NCBI GenBank assembly: GCA_004764695.1
Contig: SMSO01000031.1
Coordinates: 4,812,436-4,876,435 of the forward strand
Direction: 5' to 3'
DNA length: 64,000 bases
DNA from: Schizochytrium sp. TIO01
Lineage: Eukaryota; Protista; Bigyra: Labyrinthulomycetes
Shown: in pieces, positions 11,381-21,182 of the stretch
Layout: every line of letters begins with the position of its first letter
Position numbering within the stretch: the stretch's first letter is position 1
Program-made: the position numbers and the translations under genes
The notes under the pieces: model-generated
Seen by the model: the letters and a program-made list of their open reading frames with translations, nothing else
Database searches by the model: none
Told to the model about the DNA's origin: nothing

Positions 11381-11425
11381 TTGTTTGTTTGTTTGTTTGT
11401 TTGTTTGTTTGTTTATTTGTTTGTT
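11381..11425. repeat. (TTTG)n microsatellite
   Basis: Read directly from the sequence. Confidence 0.9.
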
Positions 11426-13288
11426 AGTCTATAGTCTGAGTGCGTGAGACTTCAAGTTCGAAAACAACGATAGATAGATAGATAGACAGACAGACAGTCA
11501 GAGGTTCTTCTGGGCTTGAAGGAGGCCACAGGAGGCCGAGGCAGCTCTGACTCACTCTTAATTTCGGTGCCTAGAACGCCTCACGAACGGTGACGTTGCC
11601 GTAGTCTTCCCACGCCGGTGCTGAGTAGACTCGAGCGTGCGAGGCTGGCATGACCTCACTCAGTGGAAAGAATGAGAACACAATAATCACTAGATGCAGG
11701 AAGCATTACAGAGTCTGTAGAAATAAACGAAACAAAACAAAACGAAAACCATAAAAACATGGAAATAGCCGTGTCGCTTGGGTTGACTGAGGTACCTCGA
11801 AACCTACTAAGCAGTACGATGCGATCATCACGAAGCTTCGTAAGAAGTGGAGCATCCTGTAGGGAGGCAAAAAATGTGGCTCTACACGGGACTGTTTCAT
11901 AGTTAGCTTCGTTGAAGTCTTTTTAATTTCGTTTCATCATCATAACCAAGCCGTTTTGGCTACTTCGAGGTCCCCAAGGTCCTCTTTCTCGGCGAAGAAT
12001 TCGCTTGTCAGCGAACGAGCGACGGCCTGACTCCTCGCAGTCTCCCTAAAGCAGGATTGTTTGCAGTCCTGTCAGGAGCTGAGCCTTTGGCGTAGGCTAA
12101 GACTTGCAAGCTTTGAAGAGGCGTCTTTAGAAGATGAAAAATCTTAGAACAACTCTGATGGCCTTCAGCTGAGAGTTGTTGCCGGCGACCAGCAAGTTAT
12201 TCGCTATGGCCATGGCCAAACAGTACGCAAAGAGTTTCAGAGCGCTTCGCAACAAAGAACCTCACGCGAAGAGACATCTCTGCCAGGCGTGATTCATTTA
12301 TCACCGTGAATAGACGTGTCGCGCTGTAAGGAACTTGAGCTTGAAACATGTTGAAAAGTCAAAGCCCCCATGCCATTATTTCTACTCCGTACAAACGATA
12401 TCAACGAACGAAGAGGTACTAAATCTAACCAGTAATTCACATTCTAGTTTTCACTTCTCACCACAAGCTTGACGAGTTGACCTCGCAGCTTTTATGCATT
12501 TTGGAGGAGAAGCCTCACGAGAGCGTCATCACTTATCTACATCGGTCTCGCGCATTGTGATTTCCCATCTCCTGCAAACAATCGCACATCCAAGAAGTCC
12601 TAGCTAGCGAGCGCTTTTGGCGGTGTCAATGGAAATCCGGAATTACATAGAAATGTAATGTTTGGAAGTGGCAGCTGTATTAGCGACCTTCTACGCAGTA
12701 CCCTAGGTACTTCCCTCTTAGCGAAACATCTAGCTAGGTTTCTAGTTGCTAGCAGTGTCGCGATGTAAGGCGGCGACGATGGAATTACGAGGCAGCAGCA
12801 GAGTCAGGACAACGCGATGGGCCCCGGCGAACGAGACTTGGATACTTTGGGCTTGGCCGCTTGCATCTCGAGGCACGCGGGGATAAGAAGCAGGTCTTGC
12901 GAGCTGACAGTGAAGCCAAACAGAATCGCTGTCCTGTGCACCGCAGACAAGGTCGCAGGCACGCACTGTGTTGAAGGCGATTCTTGCACGTCGTGAGGAG
13001 GTTGCGCCGACACGATGGTGACGATGATGGCAGCAAAGCCTGCTCATGTAACACGCACGTCGCGAGGGTTGCACAGGAACCCATGATTGGCAGAGCCTTT
13101 GAGATTAATTTGGGCATGTGACGCAGAGTGAACCGGGCGACCAGCGGGTTGCGTTGGGCCAGGGTGGCGTACCAAGCGCTGCGCTTGCTGCGCTTGCCTC
13201 GCTCGACTCGACGCTTTGGCAAACCCTTTCGACGACGTTTCATCGATCCATCAATCCATCTGTTCATTGTGCTCATTGCTTTCGAGCC

Positions 13289-13338
13289 CAAGCCCAAGCT
13301 CAAGCTCCAGCTCAAGCTCAAGCTCAAGCTCAAGCTCA
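13289..13338. repeat. (CAAGCT)~8 hexamer repeat
   Basis: Read directly; it produces the QAQA/LKLK/SSSS pseudo-ORFs in the track. Confidence 0.9.
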
Positions 13339-13537
13339 CGCTCCCGTTCGTCGAGCAAGGGTGCCAATGAACCCCTGCGCGCGCCGGTCGCACATGTTAG
13401 AAGCCGCCGTGCCGTGTCTGTGCAGGCGGAGGCCGTCTCCGCGTGCGCGATTTGAGATCGAAGGTGTCTCCGCGACCTTTTCCTCGATTCACCCTTTTGG
13501 CGCAGTCGTCGAAGACGCAGGACACGACAACAGCCAT

Positions 13538-13572
13538 CAAGCCAAGCCAAGCCAAGCCAAGCCAAGCCAAGC
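13538..13572. repeat. (CAAGC)7 pentamer repeat
   Basis: Read directly from the sequence. Confidence 0.9.
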
Positions 13573-14876
13573 TCGCCGGCGCCTCCACCTTGTGCGCAAA
13601 CCCGAAGAGGTCCTTGGCGCCAGCGCCGCGGTCTGCGGTGCGTGCAGAAGGGACCAAACACGATCTGCTTGCACGAGCTGTGCAGCCTCCGCTCGATTCA
13701 AATCGAAGATATGGCACTGTCAACGTTCATTCTTCGCCGCCGCAAAGTTCGAAATGAGTCAACGAATTAGGCGGAAAAGGCAGTTCTAAAGACATAGATG
13801 TATATATATGTATATAAATATAAATATATTTATGATTTATGATTTATGATAAATAAATAAATATATATATATATATTTATATATGTATTCATAAAGAGAG
13901 AGAGTGTGCTCGCCAGACCAGGGAAATTTTGGGACTAAATTCCGCCCAGGAGAGGGGACAGAACCCAACTGGCGGGGGGGGGGGGGGGTGGCGTAGAACA
14001 GTCTGCGCGACGGTGGGTGCGGGAAAATAAGGCCCGCAGTGGGCCCCACAACTGGATGACTCCCACACCACCCCACTAGGCACTCTTCTGCAGATGCGAG
14101 AGAAGAAGGGAACTCGGGATAGCAGGGCAGGTCGGGCTGTGGAGGGAAATTATCACGAGGGGACTCCTGGCAGGTGGGCCTAGCTAGCTGCCGTCATTCA
14201 TTGAAAGTGAAGAAGGCATGCAGAGAGCAAGCAGGTCTCCCTCCCTCACTCCGCAAAGCGGCCAAGGCAACTCTTTCTCTGCATATATCCATACACCTCT
14301 TATTGCTAGAAAGACAGAAAAAAGAAGAAACCTCGCGACGTTTTCCTTTATGGATTAGTCTATTTCTGGTTAGCGTAGTTAGAGTAATAAGTACGTCTTA
14401 CAGTCTTCATTGAGAACACTACAAGTGAGAGGAAAGGAGTCCCGTATAAAGGCCGCGACCCTTATACAGGTCACGACCCTTACAAGGGACATATAAGTAG
14501 TCTCTTAATCCAAAAAAATCTGAGCTCTTTTATTATTTTTTCAATAAAAAGCAGAATGAGCACAGCGAAAGCAAAGCGACAAACTGTGCGCTTTTCACGC
14601 GCTTTCTGCGGTGGCACTCATTTGTGCTGGCAAGGTATTCTGACGGAGATCGAAACTGACTCAAGGTTGTTGAACCGGTATCGGTCGTACTCTCAAACTC
14701 CTTCTAGTTGAGCCCAATCTAGAGCCGTCGCTTAATCTTGATTGCTTTGCTGGGGTCGGCCAGTTTCTGGACGCGGCGCTCGCTTGTGAGCTCAACGAAG
14801 ACCAAAAGATATTCCAGCATTATCGTCATTCCAAGTTGCTGACGCTCGATACAGAACTTGACCCGGTCTTTGTACA

Positions 14877-15746
14877 ATGACTTCTTTTGCAGCAAGTGAC
14901 ACGGCGTACAGAAATCGAGAAATTGAGACAACAGAATGGGAGGATGTCCTTGTGAAACACGGAATTATTCAAGAGCGGGATGAAATCAAGCTGCAGCGCG
15001 CACTTCGTGAAGAAGCTGCCAAACGGACAGAAAAGGCTGTGGATCCTGATGAAGAACTTCTTACAAAGACCTTAGAGGAACTCGATGTTCTGGAGGATGA
15101 TATTGAGGAGAACACGCTGGAGAAAATCCGGCAACAGCGCTTGCGTGAACTCAAAGCTGAGGCTGCTAAACAACGGTTTGGAGATGTTTATCCTCTTTCT
15201 CGTGCAGACTTCATTAGAGATGTTACTGAAGCTAGTCGCGAGTACTGGGTGGTGGTTGAAATGTTCAAGGACTCGATTGAGGAGTCTGTGAAATGTTCCC
15301 AGATGGTTCGGGAACTTGCATCGCGGCAGCGAGCGGTCAAGTTTGTGCGCATTTTGTCCACCAACTGCATTGAACGCTGGCCTGATGACAGTGTACCTAC
15401 TCTCTTTCTGTACCATGATGGCGTGATGCAAAAGCAGCTGACTGGGTTAGACTTTTGCGGCGGCATTGAACGTTCTACTGTGGACACAATGGAGCATGCG
15501 CTCGCGTTGTATGGACTGTTTGAGAAATTAACAGATGAGAACCTGGAGGCAGGTGCTAGGGCTCGCAGAGATGAGGCAGCAGAGGTCGCCCGGGAGAAAG
15601 AGGAGGAATTTGATGATGATGTTCGTGCCAACGTCAAAGCTGTGGCAGAAGCTGCCTCCGTTGGGAACAAAGTTTCCAAGGTGCCTGAGGCGCGGCGAAC
15701 TTCGCGACTTGCAAACCTTGATGACGATGACGACGATGACTGGTAA
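14877..15746 (+). CDS. Phosducin-like protein, PhLP2 subgroup (PDCL3/Plp2-like CCT co-chaperone)
   Basis: N-terminal TEWEDVLVKHGII motif, acidic helix LEELDVLEDD...LEKIRQQRLRELK, thioredoxin-like domain FGDVYPLSRADFIRDVTEAS...VKFVRILSTNCIERWPDDSVPTLFLY, and an acidic C-terminal tail. Confidence 0.9.
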   Translation: MTSFAASDTAYRNREIETTEWEDVLVKHGIIQERDEIKLQRALREEAAKRTEKAVDPDEELLTKTLEELDVLEDDIEENTLEKIRQQRLRELKAEAAKQRFGDVYPLSRADFIRDVTEASREYWVVVEMFKDSIEESVKCSQMVRELASRQRAVKFVRILSTNCIERWPDDSVPTLFLYHDGVMQKQLTGLDFCGGIERSTVDTMEHALALYGLFEKLTDENLEAGARARRDEAAEVAREKEEEFDDDVRANVKAVAEAASVGNKVSKVPEARRTSRLANLDDDDDDDW

Positions 15747-16535
15747 ACGAAGCTAAGCCTTGCCTTCGAAGCTAACGCTCTTACCCAAACTTACCTTGCA
15801 CTGCAATCATATACTTGGTACGGCGACTGAGCAAACTAGAACGCCAAAGGGTCTTCATGCCACCCAAGAAAGAATTGAAGCAAGATGCTTGAATTGCCAA
15901 ACGAATACTTTTATTATTTTATTCTATCCGAATGGCTCTTTCTCCACTGCAACATATGATTTGAAAGTAGCAAAATAGATACGAGTTGTGATGAGTAGGT
16001 AAAATACTATTCCTAGTGCTTCACTTCGCCCTATCTCGCGCGCAACAAACATTAACTTAGATCTAATGCTTGGGCGCTAATTTAATGTCTAGTAATAATT
16101 GTTTCAAATTCTTTTGTTTCAAGAAGAAACTATTCAATATATCAAATGAGAGGGAATCTCTTTCAATCGCAGCAATACGAACGTTCTTCTTATTCACTGG
16201 ATATCCATTCGACTTATTCAACTTAGCTGTCAAACGAAATAAAATTTCTTGCTCCGAAAACAAAATGAGGTAATGAGCTACAGAACGAAACGTAAAACTT
16301 TTCTTTCTTAAACAGTCTAAAGAGGTAAATCTATTAATTCATATGTGGAGAGCTACGTCTATCTTTCTACCCGTTAACGAGTAGACTGTTTCTCCCAACA
16401 GGTCGCGCTAACAATATCTTCTGTATATAAAACCTAGATCCTGTCAAAGAAGCAGAGGAGAAAGATGTTTCTTATAAGAAAGCTGGCAGACGACAGCTTT
16501 CAACTATTGCATTCACGGAATGACCCGTATAATGT

Positions 16536-17609
16536 TTAGCTCATGGCCATCACCTCCGCGAGGGTCGCACCATCCTTGAGCAAATTAGCACCAGCCCTGA
16601 GGATTGGTAAAGCCAAGGCTGCTCCACTGGCTTCGCCCAAGTGAAGGCTGAGGTCCAATACAGGGATTACAGTGGCTCCGGCAATAGATTGCACTTCCTC
16701 AAGCATAAATTTCTGGCCAGGCTCTGATGATCGTGTGGCGAAGATAAGGTGGCTAGCCACTCGAGGATCATGGCGAACAGCAACAAGGGCAGCAGAACTA
16801 GAAATGATACCATCCACCAAGAGTGCAATTTCCCGCTCAGGGCCCTGCAGATATGCCCCAGTCATTGCAGCAATTTCCAAACCACCCAGGTCCTGAAGTA
16901 CACCAAGAGCATCTTCAGGAGAAGATCCTCCTCTGGCCAGAGCCTTGGCAATAACCTTGGACTTGTTCTGCATACCCTTCTCATCTAGACCAGTGCCAGG
17001 TCCGACAAGTCTGGTGGGGTCCTCGAAACCGAGCAGCCGAGAGGCAATTGCACTAGCGGGAGTAGTGTTACCGATGCCCATCTCTCCAATGGCAAAGATT
17101 CGTGTGCCATCTTCTTCGATGGCTCGGTCCACTGCGTCTCTTCCGACCTGGAGAGCTGCCTTCATTTGCTCTGCTGACATGGCGGGCTGTACAGCCAGGT
17201 TGTCTGTGCCTTCGCAAACACGATCATTGAAGAAGCGAACAATCTCGTCATGCGGGGTGTCCTCAAGAGAGTATTCGTTTGCGACACCGACATCAATGAG
17301 GTCCACAGTCGCTCCATTGGACTTGGAGAAGCTTGTCGCACAAGATTTGCCAGCGTACATAGTCTTGAGCATTGAAATCGTCACGGCTTGCGGAAATGGC
17401 GACACGCCTTCGTCTCTGGCCACACCATGGTCGCCAGCAAAAATCAAGACTTTCGGACTCTCCAAAATTGGAGGATAGCTCGCCTGAGCTCTACACAGCT
17501 GCACTACAAGGTCCTCAAGTAGGCCGAGGCTACCAACGGGTTTTGCCAAAGAGTCTAAACGAGCACGGGCGTCCGCAGCTGCCTTAGTTTGCTCAGGAGT
17601 CTCAGCCAT
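16536..17609 (-). CDS. cobT: Nicotinate-nucleotide--dimethylbenzimidazole phosphoribosyltransferase (CobT)
   Basis: 357 aa, one uninterrupted ORF. CobT motifs: LAKPVGSLGLLEDL, FAGDHGV, DVGV, GEMGIGNTT, GPGTG, GGLEIAAMTGAYL, LVDG, SSEPG and LDLSLHLGEASGAALALPIL (putative catalytic Glu326). Confidence 0.95.
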   Translation of the reverse strand: MAETPEQTKAAADARARLDSLAKPVGSLGLLEDLVVQLCRAQASYPPILESPKVLIFAGDHGVARDEGVSPFPQAVTISMLKTMYAGKSCATSFSKSNGATVDLIDVGVANEYSLEDTPHDEIVRFFNDRVCEGTDNLAVQPAMSAEQMKAALQVGRDAVDRAIEEDGTRIFAIGEMGIGNTTPASAIASRLLGFEDPTRLVGPGTGLDEKGMQNKSKVIAKALARGGSSPEDALGVLQDLGGLEIAAMTGAYLQGPEREIALLVDGIISSSAALVAVRHDPRVASHLIFATRSSEPGQKFMLEEVQSIAGATVIPVLDLSLHLGEASGAALALPILRAGANLLKDGATLAEVMAMS

Positions 17610-19520
17610 TGTTCTGTAAACGCGTGCTAAACTTCAATAGTTCCACCTTTATAGCTTTGCCAAAACCTTTCACGTACGCGCCGCCTCGCTCAAGCCGGGC
17701 AAGTTCGTCTTTGGCTAGCAGGATACGGTACTGATTGCTCGCGCAGGGGTGTAAGTATATTTGTGAAAAACTTCAGTAGCACGATGTGGTTCAGAGTTGG
17801 TAGCATTTGCAAACTCAACTAAACGTTCCTTTACAGGTCGGCGCATCAATATGCACGACCTTGAGAAGTGACCGCATCTATATGGATACAAATCATGGCA
17901 GAGATATGTGCATAGGAACACTTGCAAGCGCAAGTCCTTCGTAGATTGTAAGTGAATACTTGCGAAGAGTTTCTCGAGCAATGAATCAATGTATTTATCA
18001 GTTCAGAAAAACACACATATTGCCATGGTCGTAGTAGATAGGTAGGGATATATACAGTATACTATTTGTTGGTAGGGTAAATGCAATAACATGAAAATAA
18101 CTTAGGTAGTAGGAAGTATCTAATATTTGTAGACGCCAGGATCTTTGAGTTCCTGGATTCCCTTGTCGTCGTAATTTTCGCGAGTAAAGTACGCGAGCTG
18201 CCAGAGCCTTGCTCCCTGCACGGCTCTTCAGTCCCTACTATCCTTCATGAGTAATCTCAAAAGAGTGATCATAAGTCTTGCTATTTTGGGATGAGTGTGT
18301 ACAACAAAGAGGGCCAGGAAATGAAATCAGATCGAATGTGAAAAAACGAATGAAAAAATCAATCAATCTTAGGCAATGAAATACCACACATCGTTCATGT
18401 ATTTGACCTATCTCCTTTTATAAAAATCGTGGGAGCACGCGAAATTATGAGGCTTCATGTTTTCGGAGGAATGTGCAATCCCTGAGGGAGGTGCTGGTGA
18501 TGGTGCACAGATCCGGGAAAGAGCTCACAAAAACGCTACGACCGCAGAGGATCTTTTCTGTAAAGTATGGTTACATAAACCGGGGAGGAAGCAGAACTAG
18601 TAGTGGCAGAATAATTACAAATTGTTAGTTGGGCCACGATACCCAATCCCAATGGTCCACAGATAGTTCATCCCATGACAATCAATGGTACAGTCGAGTC
18701 GTACACTCGCTGCGACCAAAGAACTTAGCTTACAGTCCAACGTTCTGGAGACGACTAGGCTTTGGAAGACAGCTCTTGAGCTACTAGGCAGGAAGGCAAG
18801 AGTGGGCATGTGATGGAGAAAGAAATAAATGGTCTTGAACGAACCAACGAAACCATGCTTCTCTTGGAAGGGCACTGCAGTTTGCAATTGCCATTACGAT
18901 CTGCAGCTTGATTCCTACCAATAATTTCTCCTTTTGCTGGTATCTACACTATCTTGCTTTTAAGCGAAGTTATACCTATACCAATCAAGATTCAGATTTT
19001 GACAAAATTGAACTAAACCACGCGCCCCTCGCTGCGGTTTCTCCAGTCTCGACAGCTTGCACGCCGCCGCGACCATATCTAGCTTGAGGTAGCCCAATCA
19101 GTCCCATTTGTTTTCATTACGCCAGCGAAGCTGTTCTTGGGAAACCATTGCAATCGCACCCATTTATCACACTACAGGACACCAGAGAAGACGCAAGTCT
19201 CGAAGCCAATATCTGGTGCCGTCATCCTATAGGTTATGGCGAATAATTTGCGCACAAAAATGGCGTCTGCCTTGCAATGCGAATCCTTGCAAACCATTGA
19301 AATGGCTGGAAAAAGCAGTTTTGGGTAAAACTAAAGAAACCTAAGAATAACGAGTCCAAAATAAAGACCACTCACGCACTGCAGTCGACGCCACAGATGC
19401 CAGTAAACCCGAATTCGAGGAACTCTTTCTGCGACTGTAGGCTTGCTTCACTGCTTGCGAAGTTCTGCAAAGAGACTTGAAGTGAAGTGAAGGTCCTGAA
19501 GAAAAGCGAAGGCCAGCGCG
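17610..19520. promoter_or_regulatory. Shared divergent upstream region between cobT and cobS (~1.9 kb)
   Basis: The start codons point away from each other (cobT ATG at 17609 on -, cobS ATG at 19521 on +), and no credible ORF lies between them. Confidence 0.55.
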
Positions 19521-20690
19521 ATGGCACCCAACAATGCACTGATGAAGTCGAGTCTTGGCGAGGACAAGAAAAACCCGCCTGAGACCGACGAGGCCAACGA
19601 TGGTAGCTTGAACAACGATGGATCCTCGAGTGATGCTGCAGAATTATGCGGAGACGAATCGTCTGGACAAACCATGCGTCAACGCGATGGTATGATCACC
19701 ACAGACGAGGTCCAAGGCCGTGGTGACGGCGTGAATCCCAATACTGGTGAAGTGGAAGCCGAGTGGTTTAAGGAATTACGCAGAGCGCTCGTAGCCACCA
19801 TGTTTCTCACTAGACTCCCAATGCCAGAGTGGGTTGATCATAACCCACGGGATCTCGTGCCTGGCATGATGTACTTTCCTATCATTGGCTCAATCGTTGG
19901 CATCTGGTGTGGACTCTGGTATGAGGCTTTAGTGCAGGTGTGGAGCCCGCTGGTTGCGGCTTGTGCGTCCACGCTCGCTGGCGTGTGGGTAAGTGGATGC
20001 TTCCATGAGGATGGCCTCATGGATACCACGGATGCATTCGGCGGTGGCTGGACACGGGACCAGATCCTGCGTATCATGAAAGATTCTCGATGTGGTACAT
20101 ATGCTGTAGTTGTTATGAACTTGTTCATGCTCACTAAGACCAACTCGTTGGCCTATCTTGGTTCTGGGGAGAAGGGCATTCTCACCGTTCAACAAGCTCT
20201 CATCATTGCTCATTCGTGCTCGCGGTTAACTGCTGTCTGGCAAGTTAATCTTTTTGAATATGTTCATGATGAGGGCGACGACAAGGGTTTATTGTACAAT
20301 ACCTACGCTGGCTGTCTCCGCCTCGGTCTTTTGACTTGGTCTCGTGTGGCCATTGCCACGGCATATACCCTCGCACTCATTGTCATGCTCTTGCCTGTGA
20401 CAAAGGTTATTGCTGTTTGCGTAGTTGTAGCCATAATGACGGTCGCCTCGGGAGTGTATGCGACTTCGATTATTGGTGGCATTATTGGAGATTTCTGTGG
20501 TGCTGTCATCCTTCTCACTGAGGGCCTTGTATACCTTATTCTTGCTGCGGATCTGGACGCCATTCCTCTGGATGCTTGGAAACCTTGGTTGCGCCTTGTG
20601 TTGTTTTGTGGTATCCCAGCATACTTTATGCCTGGTGTCGCTGGTTTTCTCGCGCGTCAGACTAGTAAACAAGCATGCCACACTGATTAG
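19521..20690 (+). CDS. cobS: Adenosylcobinamide-GDP ribazoletransferase / cobalamin synthase (CobS), polytopic membrane protein
   Basis: 389 aa, one uninterrupted ORF. CobS motifs: FLTRLP, YFPIIGSIVG, SGCFHEDGLMDTTDAFGGG, LRIMKDSRCGTYAV and GGIIGDFCGA...E. It has several hydrophobic helices and an ~80-aa acidic N-terminal extension. Confidence 0.95.
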   Translation: MAPNNALMKSSLGEDKKNPPETDEANDGSLNNDGSSSDAAELCGDESSGQTMRQRDGMITTDEVQGRGDGVNPNTGEVEAEWFKELRRALVATMFLTRLPMPEWVDHNPRDLVPGMMYFPIIGSIVGIWCGLWYEALVQVWSPLVAACASTLAGVWVSGCFHEDGLMDTTDAFGGGWTRDQILRIMKDSRCGTYAVVVMNLFMLTKTNSLAYLGSGEKGILTVQQALIIAHSCSRLTAVWQVNLFEYVHDEGDDKGLLYNTYAGCLRLGLLTWSRVAIATAYTLALIVMLLPVTKVIAVCVVVAIMTVASGVYATSIIGGIIGDFCGAVILLTEGLVYLILAADLDAIPLDAWKPWLRLVLFCGIPAYFMPGVAGFLARQTSKQACHTD

Positions 20691-21182
20691 CAATCCTTCT
20701 TTTCTTTGGCGCATCTTGAAGAGAGCTCTTTGCTTCTGTTTCTTGAGCATATGTCACCTTTCCGTTCTTTCTCCTCATGTGTAAGCACTATTCATATATC
20801 ATTATTTTAAATATTTGTCAATGTTGCAGAAGCACATCACAATCACACCAGAAAGTACCATGATTTGTGTAGTCTCTCTAGTTTTAAAATCAAGATTAGA
20901 ATAATATGCTATAATGCTGGTTCTTGAAAAGATCAATCAGGTTGCGAGAGAATCCATAAATAAACGAGACATGGACACCTAGTGTGCCATGTTTCTCTTA
21001 AAGCCATATGGCGATTGCTATTATTTTCCTGCTTGTAACCCAACGTGTGAATTCTATGGCACTTGTTTTTTTTTTTTGGGGGGGGGGGTTGTATTTAATA
21101 TCACTTTCACAGCACGCCCCATCTTCATAATGGCTATGCCAAACACTAGTATTTATCTTCGCCAAGTATCCTGACTACGTAT

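Noticed and set aside
17610-19520. Cobalamin riboswitch between cobT and cobS
   Set aside because: I could not find a B12-box or the conserved GGGAA...GCCACTG core by eye on either strand. An Infernal search with Rfam cobalamin models would settle it.
16536-20690. Absence of introns as proof of recent horizontal transfer, or bacterial contamination
   Set aside because: Neighbouring eukaryotic genes also lack coding introns, so this is uninformative. The divergent non-operonic layout and the CobS extensions argue against contamination.
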